Below are positions 7,291-16,522 of a stretch of DNA of 32,000 nucleotides, piece by piece. Where the stretch lies: the NCBI RefSeq assembly GCF_003945235.1, contig NZ_RSDW01000001.1:2130001-2162000 (forward strand). The letters are read 5' to 3'. The notes under the pieces are model-generated. The model worked only from the letters and a program-made list of their open reading frames with translations, made no database searches and was not told the DNA's origin. Origin of the DNA: Edaphobacter aggregans (lineage in GTDB: Bacteria > Acidobacteriota > Terriglobia > Terriglobales > Acidobacteriaceae). A program made the translations under genes and the position numbers. Each line of letters begins with the position of its first letter. Position 1 is the first letter of the stretch.

Positions 7291-8772
7291 ATGATCTCTA
7301 TGTCGATTCGAAGCTTTACACTCAAGACGATCGCTTTCTTGTCGCTCGGCGCGGTGCCGGTGGTGGCGCAGGGGATTGCAAGCACAGTGCAGATGACGGT
7401 GACGACGCCGTTGACCATCTCCTATGGCCAGAACGTGGACGGGTATGCGAATGTGGCCTCGGGCGATGGCAGCCCGCTGACCGGGACGATTACGTTCTAT
7501 GACGGCACGACGAATATCTGCATGATCTCGGTGACGAATGCGGCGACCTGCCCGGCTACGACGGGAACGGGATTTGTCGCAGGAACGCATGTTCTGACGG
7601 CGGTTTATTCGGGCGATGCGACACACGCCGGTTCGACCTCGAATGCGGTGACGGTGACGGTACTGCCCGATACGACGACGATGAGTGTGAGCAGCTCGTT
7701 GAATCCTGCGGCGTTTGGACAGAGCGTTGTATTCACGGCTACGGTGCAGGGAGCCCATGGGACGGTGGCCGGGTCTGTTGAGTTTCTCGATGGATCGACG
7801 GTGATCGGGTCGGCGGCGCTGAACACGTCTGGTATGGCTGCGATGTCAACGACGACGCTGGCAGCGGGGACGCATTCGATTACGGCGGTATATGGGGCGA
7901 CACGGAACTTTGCGGCTTCGACCAGTGCGGCGCTGAGCGAGGTGGTTCAGGCTGCGCCGGGCGTAGTGGCGACAACGACGATGCTGGCTTCGAGCGCGAA
8001 CCCTTCGGTGAGTGGACAGAGTGTTACGTTCACCGTGACGGTCGCGGCGGCGGGACAGGGGAAGACTCCGAAGGGATTAGTGTCCATTCTGGATGGAGGC
8101 GCAGCTCTGTGGGCGGGGATGTTGAATGCGTCGGGATCGGCGAGTTTCAGCACGGCTTCGCTGGGAGTTGGCACACATAACCTGACGGCTAATTACGGAG
8201 GAGATGCTGCGACGACGGGAAGTACGTCGGCGGCGTTGACGCAGGTGGTAAACGCGGTCCAGACAGGGTCGGGGGCGGGGAGCTTTACGATCGAGGCGGG
8301 TCCCATGACGGTGACGCTGGGGCGGATGGCGAGCGTTACCGTGAAGGTGATTCCGACGATCGGGTTCAATCAGGCGGTGCAGTTAGGATGCAGCGATCTG
8401 CCTAGCGAGTCGGCCTGTACGTTTGGGGCAGGAATGATTCGGGCGGGCGGGGGTTCGACGACGCTGCAGTTGAGCACGATCGGGCCTCATGACTGCGGTT
8501 CGACGACACCGTACAGCGCGGGACTGCCGTTCGTGGGGCCAACTGCGACAGGACTGCTGATGCTGTTTCTGCCGGGCAAGCGGCGTCGTGCCTTGAAGGG
8601 GATGCTGGCCGCTCTGGTTGCGCTTGGAGGGCTGGCGGCGACGACCGGATGCGGGAATTGCACGGACCTAGGGACGAAGCCGGGGACGTATACCTTCAAT
8701 GTAACGGGGACGACGAGAGGGGCTGCGCCGACGATGGTTTCACAAAAAGTAACTCTCAAAGTCACGCTTTAG
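7291..8772 (+). CDS. Secreted Ig-like domain repeat protein (Big_3-type repeats) with an atypical interrupted C-terminal domain
   Basis: Signal peptide MISMSIRSFTLKTIAFLSLGAVPVVAQG. At least three ~90-aa repeats of the form S..NP...GQSV.FT.TV....G.V.F.DG.......LN.SG.A.....L..GTH..TA.Y.G......STS.AL..VV. Confidence 0.8.
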   Translation: MISMSIRSFTLKTIAFLSLGAVPVVAQGIASTVQMTVTTPLTISYGQNVDGYANVASGDGSPLTGTITFYDGTTNICMISVTNAATCPATTGTGFVAGTHVLTAVYSGDATHAGSTSNAVTVTVLPDTTTMSVSSSLNPAAFGQSVVFTATVQGAHGTVAGSVEFLDGSTVIGSAALNTSGMAAMSTTTLAAGTHSITAVYGATRNFAASTSAALSEVVQAAPGVVATTTMLASSANPSVSGQSVTFTVTVAAAGQGKTPKGLVSILDGGAALWAGMLNASGSASFSTASLGVGTHNLTANYGGDAATTGSTSAALTQVVNAVQTGSGAGSFTIEAGPMTVTLGRMASVTVKVIPTIGFNQAVQLGCSDLPSESACTFGAGMIRAGGGSTTLQLSTIGPHDCGSTTPYSAGLPFVGPTATGLLMLFLPGKRRRALKGMLAALVALGGLAATTGCGNCTDLGTKPGTYTFNVTGTTRGAAPTMVSQKVTLKVTL

Positions 8773-8790
8773 TGATTGGACTTCAATGCA

Positions 8791-8819
8791 AAAGAGGCAG
8801 CTTTAACAGCTGCCTCTTT
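8791..8819. terminator. Bidirectional rho-independent terminator between the convergent Ig-like gene and gdhA
   Basis: Perfect 12-bp stem: aaagaggcagct (8791-8802) pairs with agctgcctcttt (8808-8819) around a 5-nt loop. A-run and T-run flanks give a U-tract on both strands. Confidence 0.8.
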
Positions 8820-8836
8820 TGTGGTTGAAGTGCGGA

Positions 8837-10150
8837 TTAGGCATAGATGCCGCGTTGCTTGGTAGTGTAGGCTACCCGATCGATAGCGAGCATGTAGGCT
8901 GCGATGCGGTTGTTGACGCTATGGGTTTTGGCGTAGGCGATGACGTCGTTGAAGCTCTCGGTCATGATGTTGTCGAGCCGTTGATTGACCTCGGCCTCGG
9001 TCCAAAAGTAGCCCATGCGGTCCTGGACCCACTCGAAGTAGCTGGTGGTGACGCCGCCGGCATTGGCGAGGATGTCGGGGATGATGAAGACACGTTTGTC
9101 GGCAAGGATCTCGTCGGCGATGGTAGTCGTGGGGCCGTTGGCGCCCTCGCAAAGGATGCGGCAGCGAAGGCGGTCGGCATTTTTGCTGGTGATGACGTTT
9201 TCAGTCGCGGCAGGAATCAGAATCTCGCAGGCGTAGTGGAGAAGCTCGTTCTTGTCGGCGGCCTCAGCCTCGGTGAAGCCAGTGATGGTACCGGCACGCT
9301 TGCGATGCTCGATGAGAGCCGGGATGTTGATGCCGTTCGGGTTGTAGAGGCCGCCATCGTACTCGGCGATGCCGATGATGGTGTAGCCCTTTTCGGCTAG
9401 CAATTTGGCGGCGTTCGAGCCTACGTTGCCAAAGCCCTGGACGATGACGCGGCAGCCTTCAATGGGCATGCCGAGGTGCTTGAGGGCTTCGTCGCAGACG
9501 ACGGAAAGGCCGCGTCCGGTTGCCTCGCGTCGCCCGCGTGAACCGCCGAGGTTGATCGGCTTGCCGGTAACGACGGCGTTGACGGTCTGGCGCATGTGCA
9601 TGGAGTAGGTGTCCATGATCCAGGCCATCGTTTGTTCGTCGGTGCCCATGTCGGGTGCGGGGACGTCTTTTTCCGGGCCGAGGAATTCGATCAGCTCAGC
9701 GGTGTAGCGGCGGGTCATGCGCTCGAGTTCACCTTGCGACATCTTCTTCGGGTTGCAGATGACGCCGCCCTTGGCTCCGCCGAACGGGATGTTGACCACG
9801 GCGCACTTCCAGGTCATCCAACTGGCGAGAGCACGGACTTCGTCGAGCGATACATCAGGAGCGTAACGAATGCCGCCTTTGGCAGGGCCGCGGGCGACGG
9901 AATGCTGAACCCGGTAGCCGGTGAAGACTTCAATGGAGCCGTCGTCCATGCCGACTGGGATATGAACGATAAGTTCACGCGAGGGTTGACGGAGGACCTT
10001 CCAAATGCCCTGATCGAGGTTGAGTTTTTTTGCTGCGAAATCGAATCGAGAGGCCTGGGCTTCCCAGGGATTTGTCTCCTGCTCGAGGGTGAGAGTCTGC
10101 ATAACGGGTTCACTTCTTTCGGTTGGTGGTATCAGCGATTCTCCGGCCAT
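8837..10150 (-). CDS. gdhA: NAD(P)-specific glutamate dehydrogenase
   Basis: Motifs [43 protein letters not shown] and VQGFGNVGS (Rossmann). The start is set at ATG 10150 (MAGESL..., GAGAGGG upstream). ATG 10102 (MQTLTLEQ) is an alternative. The track start at 10333 adds an implausible 61-aa leader. Confidence 0.85.
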   Translation of the reverse strand: MAGESLIPPTERSEPVMQTLTLEQETNPWEAQASRFDFAAKKLNLDQGIWKVLRQPSRELIVHIPVGMDDGSIEVFTGYRVQHSVARGPAKGGIRYAPDVSLDEVRALASWMTWKCAVVNIPFGGAKGGVICNPKKMSQGELERMTRRYTAELIEFLGPEKDVPAPDMGTDEQTMAWIMDTYSMHMRQTVNAVVTGKPINLGGSRGRREATGRGLSVVCDEALKHLGMPIEGCRVIVQGFGNVGSNAAKLLAEKGYTIIGIAEYDGGLYNPNGINIPALIEHRKRAGTITGFTEAEAADKNELLHYACEILIPAATENVITSKNADRLRCRILCEGANGPTTTIADEILADKRVFIIPDILANAGGVTTSYFEWVQDRMGYFWTEAEVNQRLDNIMTESFNDVIAYAKTHSVNNRIAAYMLAIDRVAYTTKQRGIYA

Positions 10151-10316
10151 CGTTTTGCCCTCTCTTGAAAGCGAATATAGCTTGAGCCAGACCGGTCTGT
10201 GGCCAAACTGAGGGAGTATAGGCCTCAGGAAGGAGGATGTGCAAACAAGTGCAGTGGTTGGCAACAACAAGCGTTGACTGGTTTGGTACGGCATTGGGAT
10301 GCACCGGCGCACAGTT

Positions 10317-11846
10317 ATGATGGATGCAGCCATGCCCTCTATTCACGCTACTTCCCTGCCCTCTGCACGCGATTTTTTGAAGCTGAGCCGCACCCACACG
10401 CTGGTGCCCGTTTATCGGACAGTAACGGCCGATCTGGAGACGCCTGTGTCCGCCTTTCTGCGGATCGCCGCTGAGGAGCCGGAGGCTTTCTTGCTGGAGT
10501 CGGTCGAAGGCGGCGAGCATGTAGGACGTTATACCTTCATCGGAATACAGCCCTATAAAAAGATGGTTGCGCGAGGCCGAGAGATTACGGTGCAGGAGGG
10601 GCGGCGCAAGCGTTCCTTTACAGGCGACATCTTTGACGAGCTGAAGCGTGCACTCAGCGGGCACACACCGGCGCGGCTGGCCGGTCTGCCTCCATTCACT
10701 GCCGGGGCGGTGGGCTTCTTTGCCTACGATGTGGTTCGGCTGATTGAGAAATTGCCGTCAACCGCGAAGGACGAACTCGGTGTTCCGGACGCCTGCCTCA
10801 TGTTCTTCGACCAGGTGCTGGCGTTCGACCATGTAAAGAAAGAGATCCACCTGATGGTGACGGCCGACCTGACGCGTGAGGCTCGGGAGGGAGCCTACGA
10901 ACGTGCGGTGCGTCGTCTGAACCGTCTGGAGAAGCGACTGGGGAACGCTCTTCCTATTACCAGAAAGAAGAAGTCTGAGGGCGCACTGAAGCTGAAGGCG
11001 CGGACTCCGAAGGCGACGTTCTTGAAGTCGGTAGAGAAGACGAAGGAGTACATCGCGGCAGGAGATGTCTTTCAGTGCGTGTTGTCGCAGCGGTTCGATT
11101 GCGAGCCGGGTGTGGATGCATTCGACGTCTATCGTGCTCTGCGGATTGTTAATCCTTCCCCGTATATGTATTTTCTGCGGTTTGGGCTGGAGGATGCGAC
11201 GGGGAAGAAGCCAAGTGTGTCGCATATTGTCGGGTCATCTCCCGAACTGCTGGTGCGGGTACACGGACGCGGGGTGGAGTACAGGCCAATCGCGGGGACG
11301 CGGCCACGCAGCGCCGACGAGATAGAGGATCGTGCAATTGAGGCCGATCTGCGTGCGGATACGAAAGAAGTAGCAGAACACATCATGCTCGTCGATCTCG
11401 GCCGCAATGATGTCGGACGAGTAAGCGAGTTCGGCTCGGTGAAGGTAAAAGACCTGATGTTCGTCGAGCGGTACAGCCACGTGATGCATCTGGTGAGTTC
11501 GCTCGAGGGCAGGCTACGCGCAGGTTTGGAGCCGATCGACGCGTTTCGCGCCTGCTTCCCTGCGGGCACTTTGAGCGGCGCGCCGAAGGTCCGTGCGATG
11601 GAGATCATCGAAGAGCTTGAGCCGTCGCGCCGCGGAGTATACGGCGGCAGCATCCTCTACGCGGACTTCAGTGGCAATCTCGACTCGTGCATCGCGATTC
11701 GCACGCTGTATATGAACGGCAAGCAGGGGTACATACAGGCGGGCGCGGGAATCGTGGCAGATTCGGTACCGGAGAAAGAGTTTGAGGAGTGTGGAAACAA
11801 GGCCCGCGCAGTCGTACGGGCTATTGAGCGGGCTCGACAGGTTTGA
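10317..11846 (+). CDS. trpE: Anthranilate synthase component I
   Basis: N-terminal [22 protein letters not shown]..., [18 protein letters not shown]-terminal [19 protein letters not shown]...RGVYGGS and IAIRT...AGAGIVADS. The start is ambiguous among ATG 10299, 10317, 10320 and 10332. Confidence 0.9.
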   Translation: MMDAAMPSIHATSLPSARDFLKLSRTHTLVPVYRTVTADLETPVSAFLRIAAEEPEAFLLESVEGGEHVGRYTFIGIQPYKKMVARGREITVQEGRRKRSFTGDIFDELKRALSGHTPARLAGLPPFTAGAVGFFAYDVVRLIEKLPSTAKDELGVPDACLMFFDQVLAFDHVKKEIHLMVTADLTREAREGAYERAVRRLNRLEKRLGNALPITRKKKSEGALKLKARTPKATFLKSVEKTKEYIAAGDVFQCVLSQRFDCEPGVDAFDVYRALRIVNPSPYMYFLRFGLEDATGKKPSVSHIVGSSPELLVRVHGRGVEYRPIAGTRPRSADEIEDRAIEADLRADTKEVAEHIMLVDLGRNDVGRVSEFGSVKVKDLMFVERYSHVMHLVSSLEGRLRAGLEPIDAFRACFPAGTLSGAPKVRAMEIIEELEPSRRGVYGGSILYADFSGNLDSCIAIRTLYMNGKQGYIQAGAGIVADSVPEKEFEECGNKARAVVRAIERARQV

Positions 11847-12087
11847 GGCTTGCCTCTTCCGCTTGTTCCTGATGGAGCGCCCACCAGACGCCACCAACAA
11901 TCTGCAAAACTCCGACGGTACGCGTAAGAACCGGACGCTCCTGTAGTGTGCCCATGAGCTGTTTCCATGGCTTCGGCCCATGCTTCCATGCGAGCGCGTC
12001 ATTATCCGGTCGCAAAACCGCCATTACGCCATCGCCGATAAGGGCCATGGCTGTGAAGTGCTTCCACCGTCTCGATGCTAGTGACAT
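11821..12087 (-). CDS. Hypothetical small protein lying antisense between trpE and trpG
   Basis: 88-aa ORF from ATG 12087 (MSLASRRWKHFTAMALIGDGVMAVL...VGVLQIVGGVWWALHQ) with two short hydrophobic stretches. Its 3' end overlaps the trpE 3' end by 26 nt in convergent orientation. Third-position G+C is only moderate, so coding status is uncertain. Confidence 0.4.
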   Translation of the reverse strand: MSLASRRWKHFTAMALIGDGVMAVLRPDNDALAWKHGPKPWKQLMGTLQERPVLTRTVGVLQIVGGVWWALHQEQAEEASLKPVEPAQ

Positions 12088-12183
12088 TTTGCACACCGCC
12101 TGATGAATTTAGAGCTTGTGCAGAGCTCCTCTGTTGCCTCCTGTGTCCTTCGACAGCGGCAAGCGTAGAATCTAAGAACGGCT

Positions 12184-12759
12184 ATGGTCTTCGTTCTCGA
12201 TAACTACGACTCCTTCACCTACAACCTGGTGCAATATATGGGCGAACTGGGCGCCGAGATGATCGTCCGGCGCAACGATGAGCTGACGCCTGCTGAAGTG
12301 GAAGCGCTGCAGCCGGAGCGGATTCTGATCTCGCCGGGGCCTTGCACACCTCAGGATGCGGGCATCAGCATGGATCTGATCAAACACTTTGCAGGGCTTG
12401 AACGGCGAGTGCCGATTCTTGGAGTCTGCCTCGGCCATCAGGCGATTGGCGCTGCGTTTGGAGGCGAGGTGGTGCGGGCTCCGAAGCTGATGCATGGCAA
12501 GACCAGCGAGGTGACGCACGACGGCAAGACCATCTTTACGGGGATTCCGTCGACGATGACGTGCACACGTTATCACTCGCTGATCGTCTCAGAAGAGGGG
12601 CTGCCGAAGGAGCTTGAGATCTCGGCGAGGACCGCAGATGGCGAGACGATTATGGGGCTGCGGCACCGTGAGCTGCCGATCGAGGGCGTGCAGTTTCATC
12701 CTGAGAGCGTGCTGACCGTGCATGGCAAGCAGATCATTCAAAATTTTCTGAAGATGTAG
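12184..12759 (+). CDS. trpG: Anthranilate synthase component II / aminodeoxychorismate synthase glutamine amidotransferase
   Basis: Class I GATase triad context: [12 protein letters not shown] (nucleophile Cys) and [11 protein letters not shown] (His/Glu). N-terminus reads [18 protein letters not shown]. Confidence 0.9.
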   Translation: MVFVLDNYDSFTYNLVQYMGELGAEMIVRRNDELTPAEVEALQPERILISPGPCTPQDAGISMDLIKHFAGLERRVPILGVCLGHQAIGAAFGGEVVRAPKLMHGKTSEVTHDGKTIFTGIPSTMTCTRYHSLIVSEEGLPKELEISARTADGETIMGLRHRELPIEGVQFHPESVLTVHGKQIIQNFLKM

Positions 12760-12773
12760 GTGAGCAAGTGGTG

Positions 12774-13775
12774 ATGCGTCGGCTGATAGTTGTGATTGCT
12801 GTGGTTTGCGGCGTAGCGCGGGCTCAGCAACCTATCGGCACAGTGGGGGTGCAGGACGCAACGGTGGCAGGCGCGCTCGAAGTAACGAACGGACGCGCGG
12901 TTCTGGTGGGAAATACAACCGTGACCGCGAGAGAGCATGCGGCGGAGATTTCGTTGAGCCGGGGCGGCACGGTGCGCGTCTGCTCGACCAGCGGGCTGCA
13001 TGTGACAGCAGGAAAAGGCGGAGCCACGGCTCCTCTGATGCTTGCACTCGATCGCGGCGCAATTGAGGTCAACATGCCCGCAACCACAAACGATGTAGTG
13101 GTGACGCCGGACCTCCGATTCACAATGCGAAGCGAGGGCCCGCTGGACCTGCGATTGCGCGTGGCACGGAACGGCGATACCTGCGTGGAGAATCGCGGAG
13201 AAAAGGCCCCCATGCTCGGCGTGGCGGACCAGTTCGGCGAGGCCACCTATGAACTCCGAGCCGGGCAGCATGTACTGTTCGAACATGGCAGCCTGAAAGA
13301 GGTCGTGGACCACGAGAGCTCGGCATGCGGGTGTCCGCCGGAACCGGTGGTCTCGGTGGCCGACGCAGGGGCGACAAGTGGAACGCCTGCCGCTCCCGGG
13401 AGTACCGTGGCTGCGAAGTCGGCGGAGGAACAACATCCCTTCCCGGCAGCTGTAAGCGCAGGGCTGGCACCGGCAACTTCGGTTCCACAGGCTCCCGCCG
13501 GTGTTGTGCACACGCAGGTTTCGACAACCTTGAGCTATGGCGCAGGGGCGGGTGGTAACGGCGATGCTGGCGATGCAGGAGATGGAAGCAGTAGTGCCGG
13601 TGCGGGGAGTGGAGCGTCCGCAAAGCCTGCTGCAACGGCTCCTCCTACGACCGCGGCCGCGACTCAGACTTCGGAACAAGCCTCCGGGACAGCCCAAGCC
13701 CCTCCACCTCCTCCGACCCCGAACCTCTTTCATTCGATAGGGCACTTCTTCAAACATCTGTTTGGCAAGGGTTGA
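12774..13775 (+). CDS. Secreted hypothetical protein with an Ala/Pro/Gly-rich low-complexity C-terminal half
   Basis: Signal peptide MRRLIVVIAVVCGVARAQQ. A beta-rich N-terminal ~170 aa is followed by ...AGAGGNGDAGDAGDGSSSAGAGSGASAKPAATAPPTTAAATQTSEQASGTAQAPPPPPTP. It starts 15 nt after trpG. Confidence 0.6.
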   Translation: MRRLIVVIAVVCGVARAQQPIGTVGVQDATVAGALEVTNGRAVLVGNTTVTAREHAAEISLSRGGTVRVCSTSGLHVTAGKGGATAPLMLALDRGAIEVNMPATTNDVVVTPDLRFTMRSEGPLDLRLRVARNGDTCVENRGEKAPMLGVADQFGEATYELRAGQHVLFEHGSLKEVVDHESSACGCPPEPVVSVADAGATSGTPAAPGSTVAAKSAEEQHPFPAAVSAGLAPATSVPQAPAGVVHTQVSTTLSYGAGAGGNGDAGDAGDGSSSAGAGSGASAKPAATAPPTTAAATQTSEQASGTAQAPPPPPTPNLFHSIGHFFKHLFGKG

Positions 13776-13897
13776 GGGCCTCCCGCCCCTTCCGCTGCGA
13801 TACAATAGAAGGGTTGTGGACTGCCCGGCGCCATGCTGGCGCGTCCACGGGACAAATCTCAAACACAGCTGAACTCAGCACAGATCAGGGGTTTTTT

Positions 13898-14458
13898 ATG
13901 TCGATTCCCGCAACGCAGATGCGCCCGGGCATGGTTATCAAGTTCAAGGACGACCTTCACCTCGTCTTCTCCGTCGAGCACCGCACACCGGGCAACCTTC
14001 GCGCCTTCATCCAGGCCAAACTGCGGAACATCCGTACCGGCGCCATGTTCGTCGAGCGTTTCCGTTCGCCCGACCCCATCGATCGCGTCATCGTGGATGA
14101 AGTGAAGATGGAATATCTGTACAGTGATGGCGACGACTACTTCTTCATGGACATGGAGACCTTCGAGCAGACGCACCTCAAGCGCGAGACGCTGGGCGAC
14201 GCCGTCGACTACCTGCTCCCCAACCTGACCATCGCCGTCAGCTTCCACGATGGCAAGGCCGTTGGCATCGAGCTTCCCACGGTCGTCGAGATGACCGTTG
14301 TCGAGACCGAGCCGGGCATCAAGTCGGCCACAGCCTCGTCCGTTACTAAGCCCGCCAAGCTCGAGACCGGCCTCGTCGTGCAGGTTCCTCCCTTCATCAA
14401 CGAGGGCGAGAAGATCCGCGTCGACACAGCCGAAGGCGCGTACATGAGCCGCGCATAA
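13898..14458 (+). CDS. efp: Translation elongation factor P
   Basis: 186 aa from ATG 13898 (MSIPATQMRPGMVIKFKDDLHLVFSVEHRTPGNLRAFIQAKLRNIRTGA...). The C-terminal KPAKLETGLVVQVPPFINEGEKIRVDTAEGAYMSRA is typical EF-P. The track ORF start at 13772 adds a spurious 42-aa leader. Confidence 0.9.
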   Translation: MSIPATQMRPGMVIKFKDDLHLVFSVEHRTPGNLRAFIQAKLRNIRTGAMFVERFRSPDPIDRVIVDEVKMEYLYSDGDDYFFMDMETFEQTHLKRETLGDAVDYLLPNLTIAVSFHDGKAVGIELPTVVEMTVVETEPGIKSATASSVTKPAKLETGLVVQVPPFINEGEKIRVDTAEGAYMSRA

Positions 14459-14480
14459 GCGCTTCTGGATCAGGCAAATC

Positions 14481-14518
14481 AGAGGCGGGGTCAAACGGCC
14501 CTGCCTCTTTTGCTTTTG
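14481..14518 (+). terminator. Rho-independent terminator downstream of efp
   Basis: Stem agaggcgggg (14481-14490) pairs with ccctgcctct (14499-14508), including one G-U pair. It is followed by tttgcttttg. Confidence 0.7.
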
Positions 14519-14568
14519 CGCCGCGATACCTTGCATGGGGATTGCGGCTCTGCGACACTGAAAGCTCC

Positions 14569-14850
14569 ATGGTGTGCCATTACCTTGTCAAAGGCCGCGT
14601 GCAGGGCGTCGGATTCCGCTGGTTTGTCCAACGGGAAGCAGCAGAACTTGGCCTGCGCGGCTGGGTTCGCAACACGGACGACGGCCACGTAGAAATCGTA
14701 GCTGCAGGCGAACCGAATGTGCTGGCTGAGCTAAAAGTTTCGCTGCACAAGGGCTCGCGTGGCAGCCGCGTGGATGCTGTAATCGAAGACGAACTGGTCG
14801 AGAACGAAGGCGAGCGACTCGGACCATTTGAGATTGAAGGAGCCTGGTAA
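14569..14850 (+). CDS. acyP: Acylphosphatase
   Basis: [47 protein letters not shown] carries the acylphosphatase signature V.G.VQGVGFR. About 93 aa. Confidence 0.85.
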   Translation: MVCHYLVKGRVQGVGFRWFVQREAAELGLRGWVRNTDDGHVEIVAAGEPNVLAELKVSLHKGSRGSRVDAVIEDELVENEGERLGPFEIEGAW

Positions 14851-14857
14851 GACATTG

Positions 14858-15397
14858 ATGACGAAGCCTATTAATTGCGAACCGCTGAAGGAACTCGTGC
14901 GCACCGTACCCGATTTCCCCAAGCCTGGAATTCTTTTCTACGACATTACGACCGTCCTGAAGGACAAGACCGGATTTGCGCAGCTCATCGACGCCTTTGC
15001 CTCGTACTACATCGGCAAGGAGATCGATCTTGTGCTCGCCATCGAAGCACGCGGCTTCATCTTCGGGCCTGCGCTGGCGTACCGGTTGAACGCAGGGTTC
15101 GTTCCCGTGCGCAAGCCGAAGAAGCTACCCTCCAAGACGGCACGCGTGAGCTACGACCTCGAGTACGGCACCGACTCGCTCGAGATTCACCTCGACGCGA
15201 TCCAACCCGGCCAGCGCGTGGTCATCGTCGACGACCTGCTAGCTACCGGCGGCACCATGCAGGCAACGGTCCAGCTTGTGCGGCAGCTTGGCGGCGAGAT
15301 CGCAGGCCTCGGCTTTGCCATCGAGCTCGACTTCCTGAAAGGTCGGGATAAGTTCAAGGAGTACGACGTTCTGAGCCTGCTGCACTACGACGAATAA
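14858..15397 (+). CDS. apt: Adenine phosphoribosyltransferase
   Basis: [18 protein letters not shown]..., the PRPP-binding motif [13 protein letters not shown], and EARGFIFG. The start at ATG 14858 is 7 nt after the acyP stop. Confidence 0.9.
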   Translation: MTKPINCEPLKELVRTVPDFPKPGILFYDITTVLKDKTGFAQLIDAFASYYIGKEIDLVLAIEARGFIFGPALAYRLNAGFVPVRKPKKLPSKTARVSYDLEYGTDSLEIHLDAIQPGQRVVIVDDLLATGGTMQATVQLVRQLGGEIAGLGFAIELDFLKGRDKFKEYDVLSLLHYDE

Positions 15398-15475
15398 GTT
15401 AAATAAAACTGGAATCACCAAAGGGCCAGCGTCATGCGCTGGTCACTTTATTGAATAGCAATAGAGGAGCCCACC

Positions 15476-16522
15476 ATGAAGTCTCACGGATACGTCGCCC
15501 ACGACAAAAAGTCGCCGCTTGTGCCCTTCAGCTTCGACCGCCGCGACCCCGGCCCGAACGACGTCGTCGTCGATATCGCCTACTGCGGCGTCTGCCACTC
15601 CGACATCCACCAAGTGCGCGACGAGTGGAATAACGCCATCTATCCGATGGTGCCCGGCCACGAGATCGTCGGATACGTCGCTAAGGCTGGCAGCTCAGTG
15701 AAGAAGTTTAAAGAGGGCGACCGCGCCGCCGTCGGTGTGATGGTCGACTCCTGTCGCGAATGCGAAAACTGTCGCGCAGGCGTCGAGTGCTACTGCGCCA
15801 AAGGCATGGTCGGCACCTACAACGCGCGTGACTACAAAGGCGAGCTGATGTTCGGCGGCTACGCCAACAACATCGTCGTCGACGAGCGCTACACCCACAC
15901 TCTCTCGCCCAAACTCGACATGGCTGCCGCGGCCCCTCTGCTCTGCGCCGGCATCACCACCTACTCGCCCCTGCGTCACTGGAAGGTCGGACCGGGCAAA
16001 CGCGTCGGCGTCGTCGGACTCGGGGGCCTGGGTCACATGGGCCTGAAGTTCGCACACTCACTCGGAGCGCACGTGGTACAGTTCACCACCTCTGCCAGCA
16101 AGATCGACGACGCAAAGAAGCTCGGCGCCGACGAGGTCGTCGTGACCAAAGATCCCGATGCCATGGCCAAATTCGCCGGCAGCCTCGACTTCGTGCTCGA
16201 CTGCGTCTCCGCTCCGCACGACATCAACGCTTACCTCGACCTGTTGCGGCTCGACGGCACACTCTGTTCGGTTGGCCTGCCCGAGCAGCCGCTCTCGGTC
16301 GCGCCCTTTGCCATCCTCGCAAACCGCCGATCACTCGCCGGATCGATGATCGGCGGCATGCCCGAGACGCAAGAGATGCTCGACTACTGTGCCGACCACG
16401 GCATCGTCTCCGACATCGAGTTGACACCTATCGACAAGCTGGCCGAGGCCTATGATCGAGTAGTCAAGAGCGACGTAAAATATCGCTTCGTCATCGACAT
16501 GGCGACGCTTCCCAAGAGCTAA
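15476..16522 (+). CDS. Zn-dependent NAD(P)-dependent alcohol dehydrogenase (cinnamyl-alcohol dehydrogenase / YahK-like)
   Basis: GVCHSDIH catalytic Zn site, GHEIVG, the structural Zn cluster CRECENCRAGVECYC, and the GVVGLGGLGH Rossmann motif. GAGGAG RBS lies 7 nt upstream. Confidence 0.85.
   Translation: MKSHGYVAHDKKSPLVPFSFDRRDPGPNDVVVDIAYCGVCHSDIHQVRDEWNNAIYPMVPGHEIVGYVAKAGSSVKKFKEGDRAAVGVMVDSCRECENCRAGVECYCAKGMVGTYNARDYKGELMFGGYANNIVVDERYTHTLSPKLDMAAAAPLLCAGITTYSPLRHWKVGPGKRVGVVGLGGLGHMGLKFAHSLGAHVVQFTTSASKIDDAKKLGADEVVVTKDPDAMAKFAGSLDFVLDCVSAPHDINAYLDLLRLDGTLCSVGLPEQPLSVAPFAILANRRSLAGSMIGGMPETQEMLDYCADHGIVSDIELTPIDKLAEAYDRVVKSDVKYRFVIDMATLPKS

Noticed and set aside
13816-13848. Compound hairpin (gtggac...gcgcca tgc tggcgc...gtccac) in the efp upstream region, considered as a terminator or riboregulator
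   Set aside because: There is no U-tract, the internal loop is asymmetric, and I know of no motif match. It is plausibly just a GC-rich palindrome, so I did not report it as a feature.
12738-13862. 374-aa minus-strand ORF, plus similar antisense or off-frame ORFs at 19299-20090, 20594-21316, 13859-14536, 8819-9400, 9596-10168 and 7149-7418
   Set aside because: Each overlaps a better-supported gene on the opposite strand and has a Cys/Arg/His-rich or otherwise non-protein-like composition. None has an RBS or motif support.
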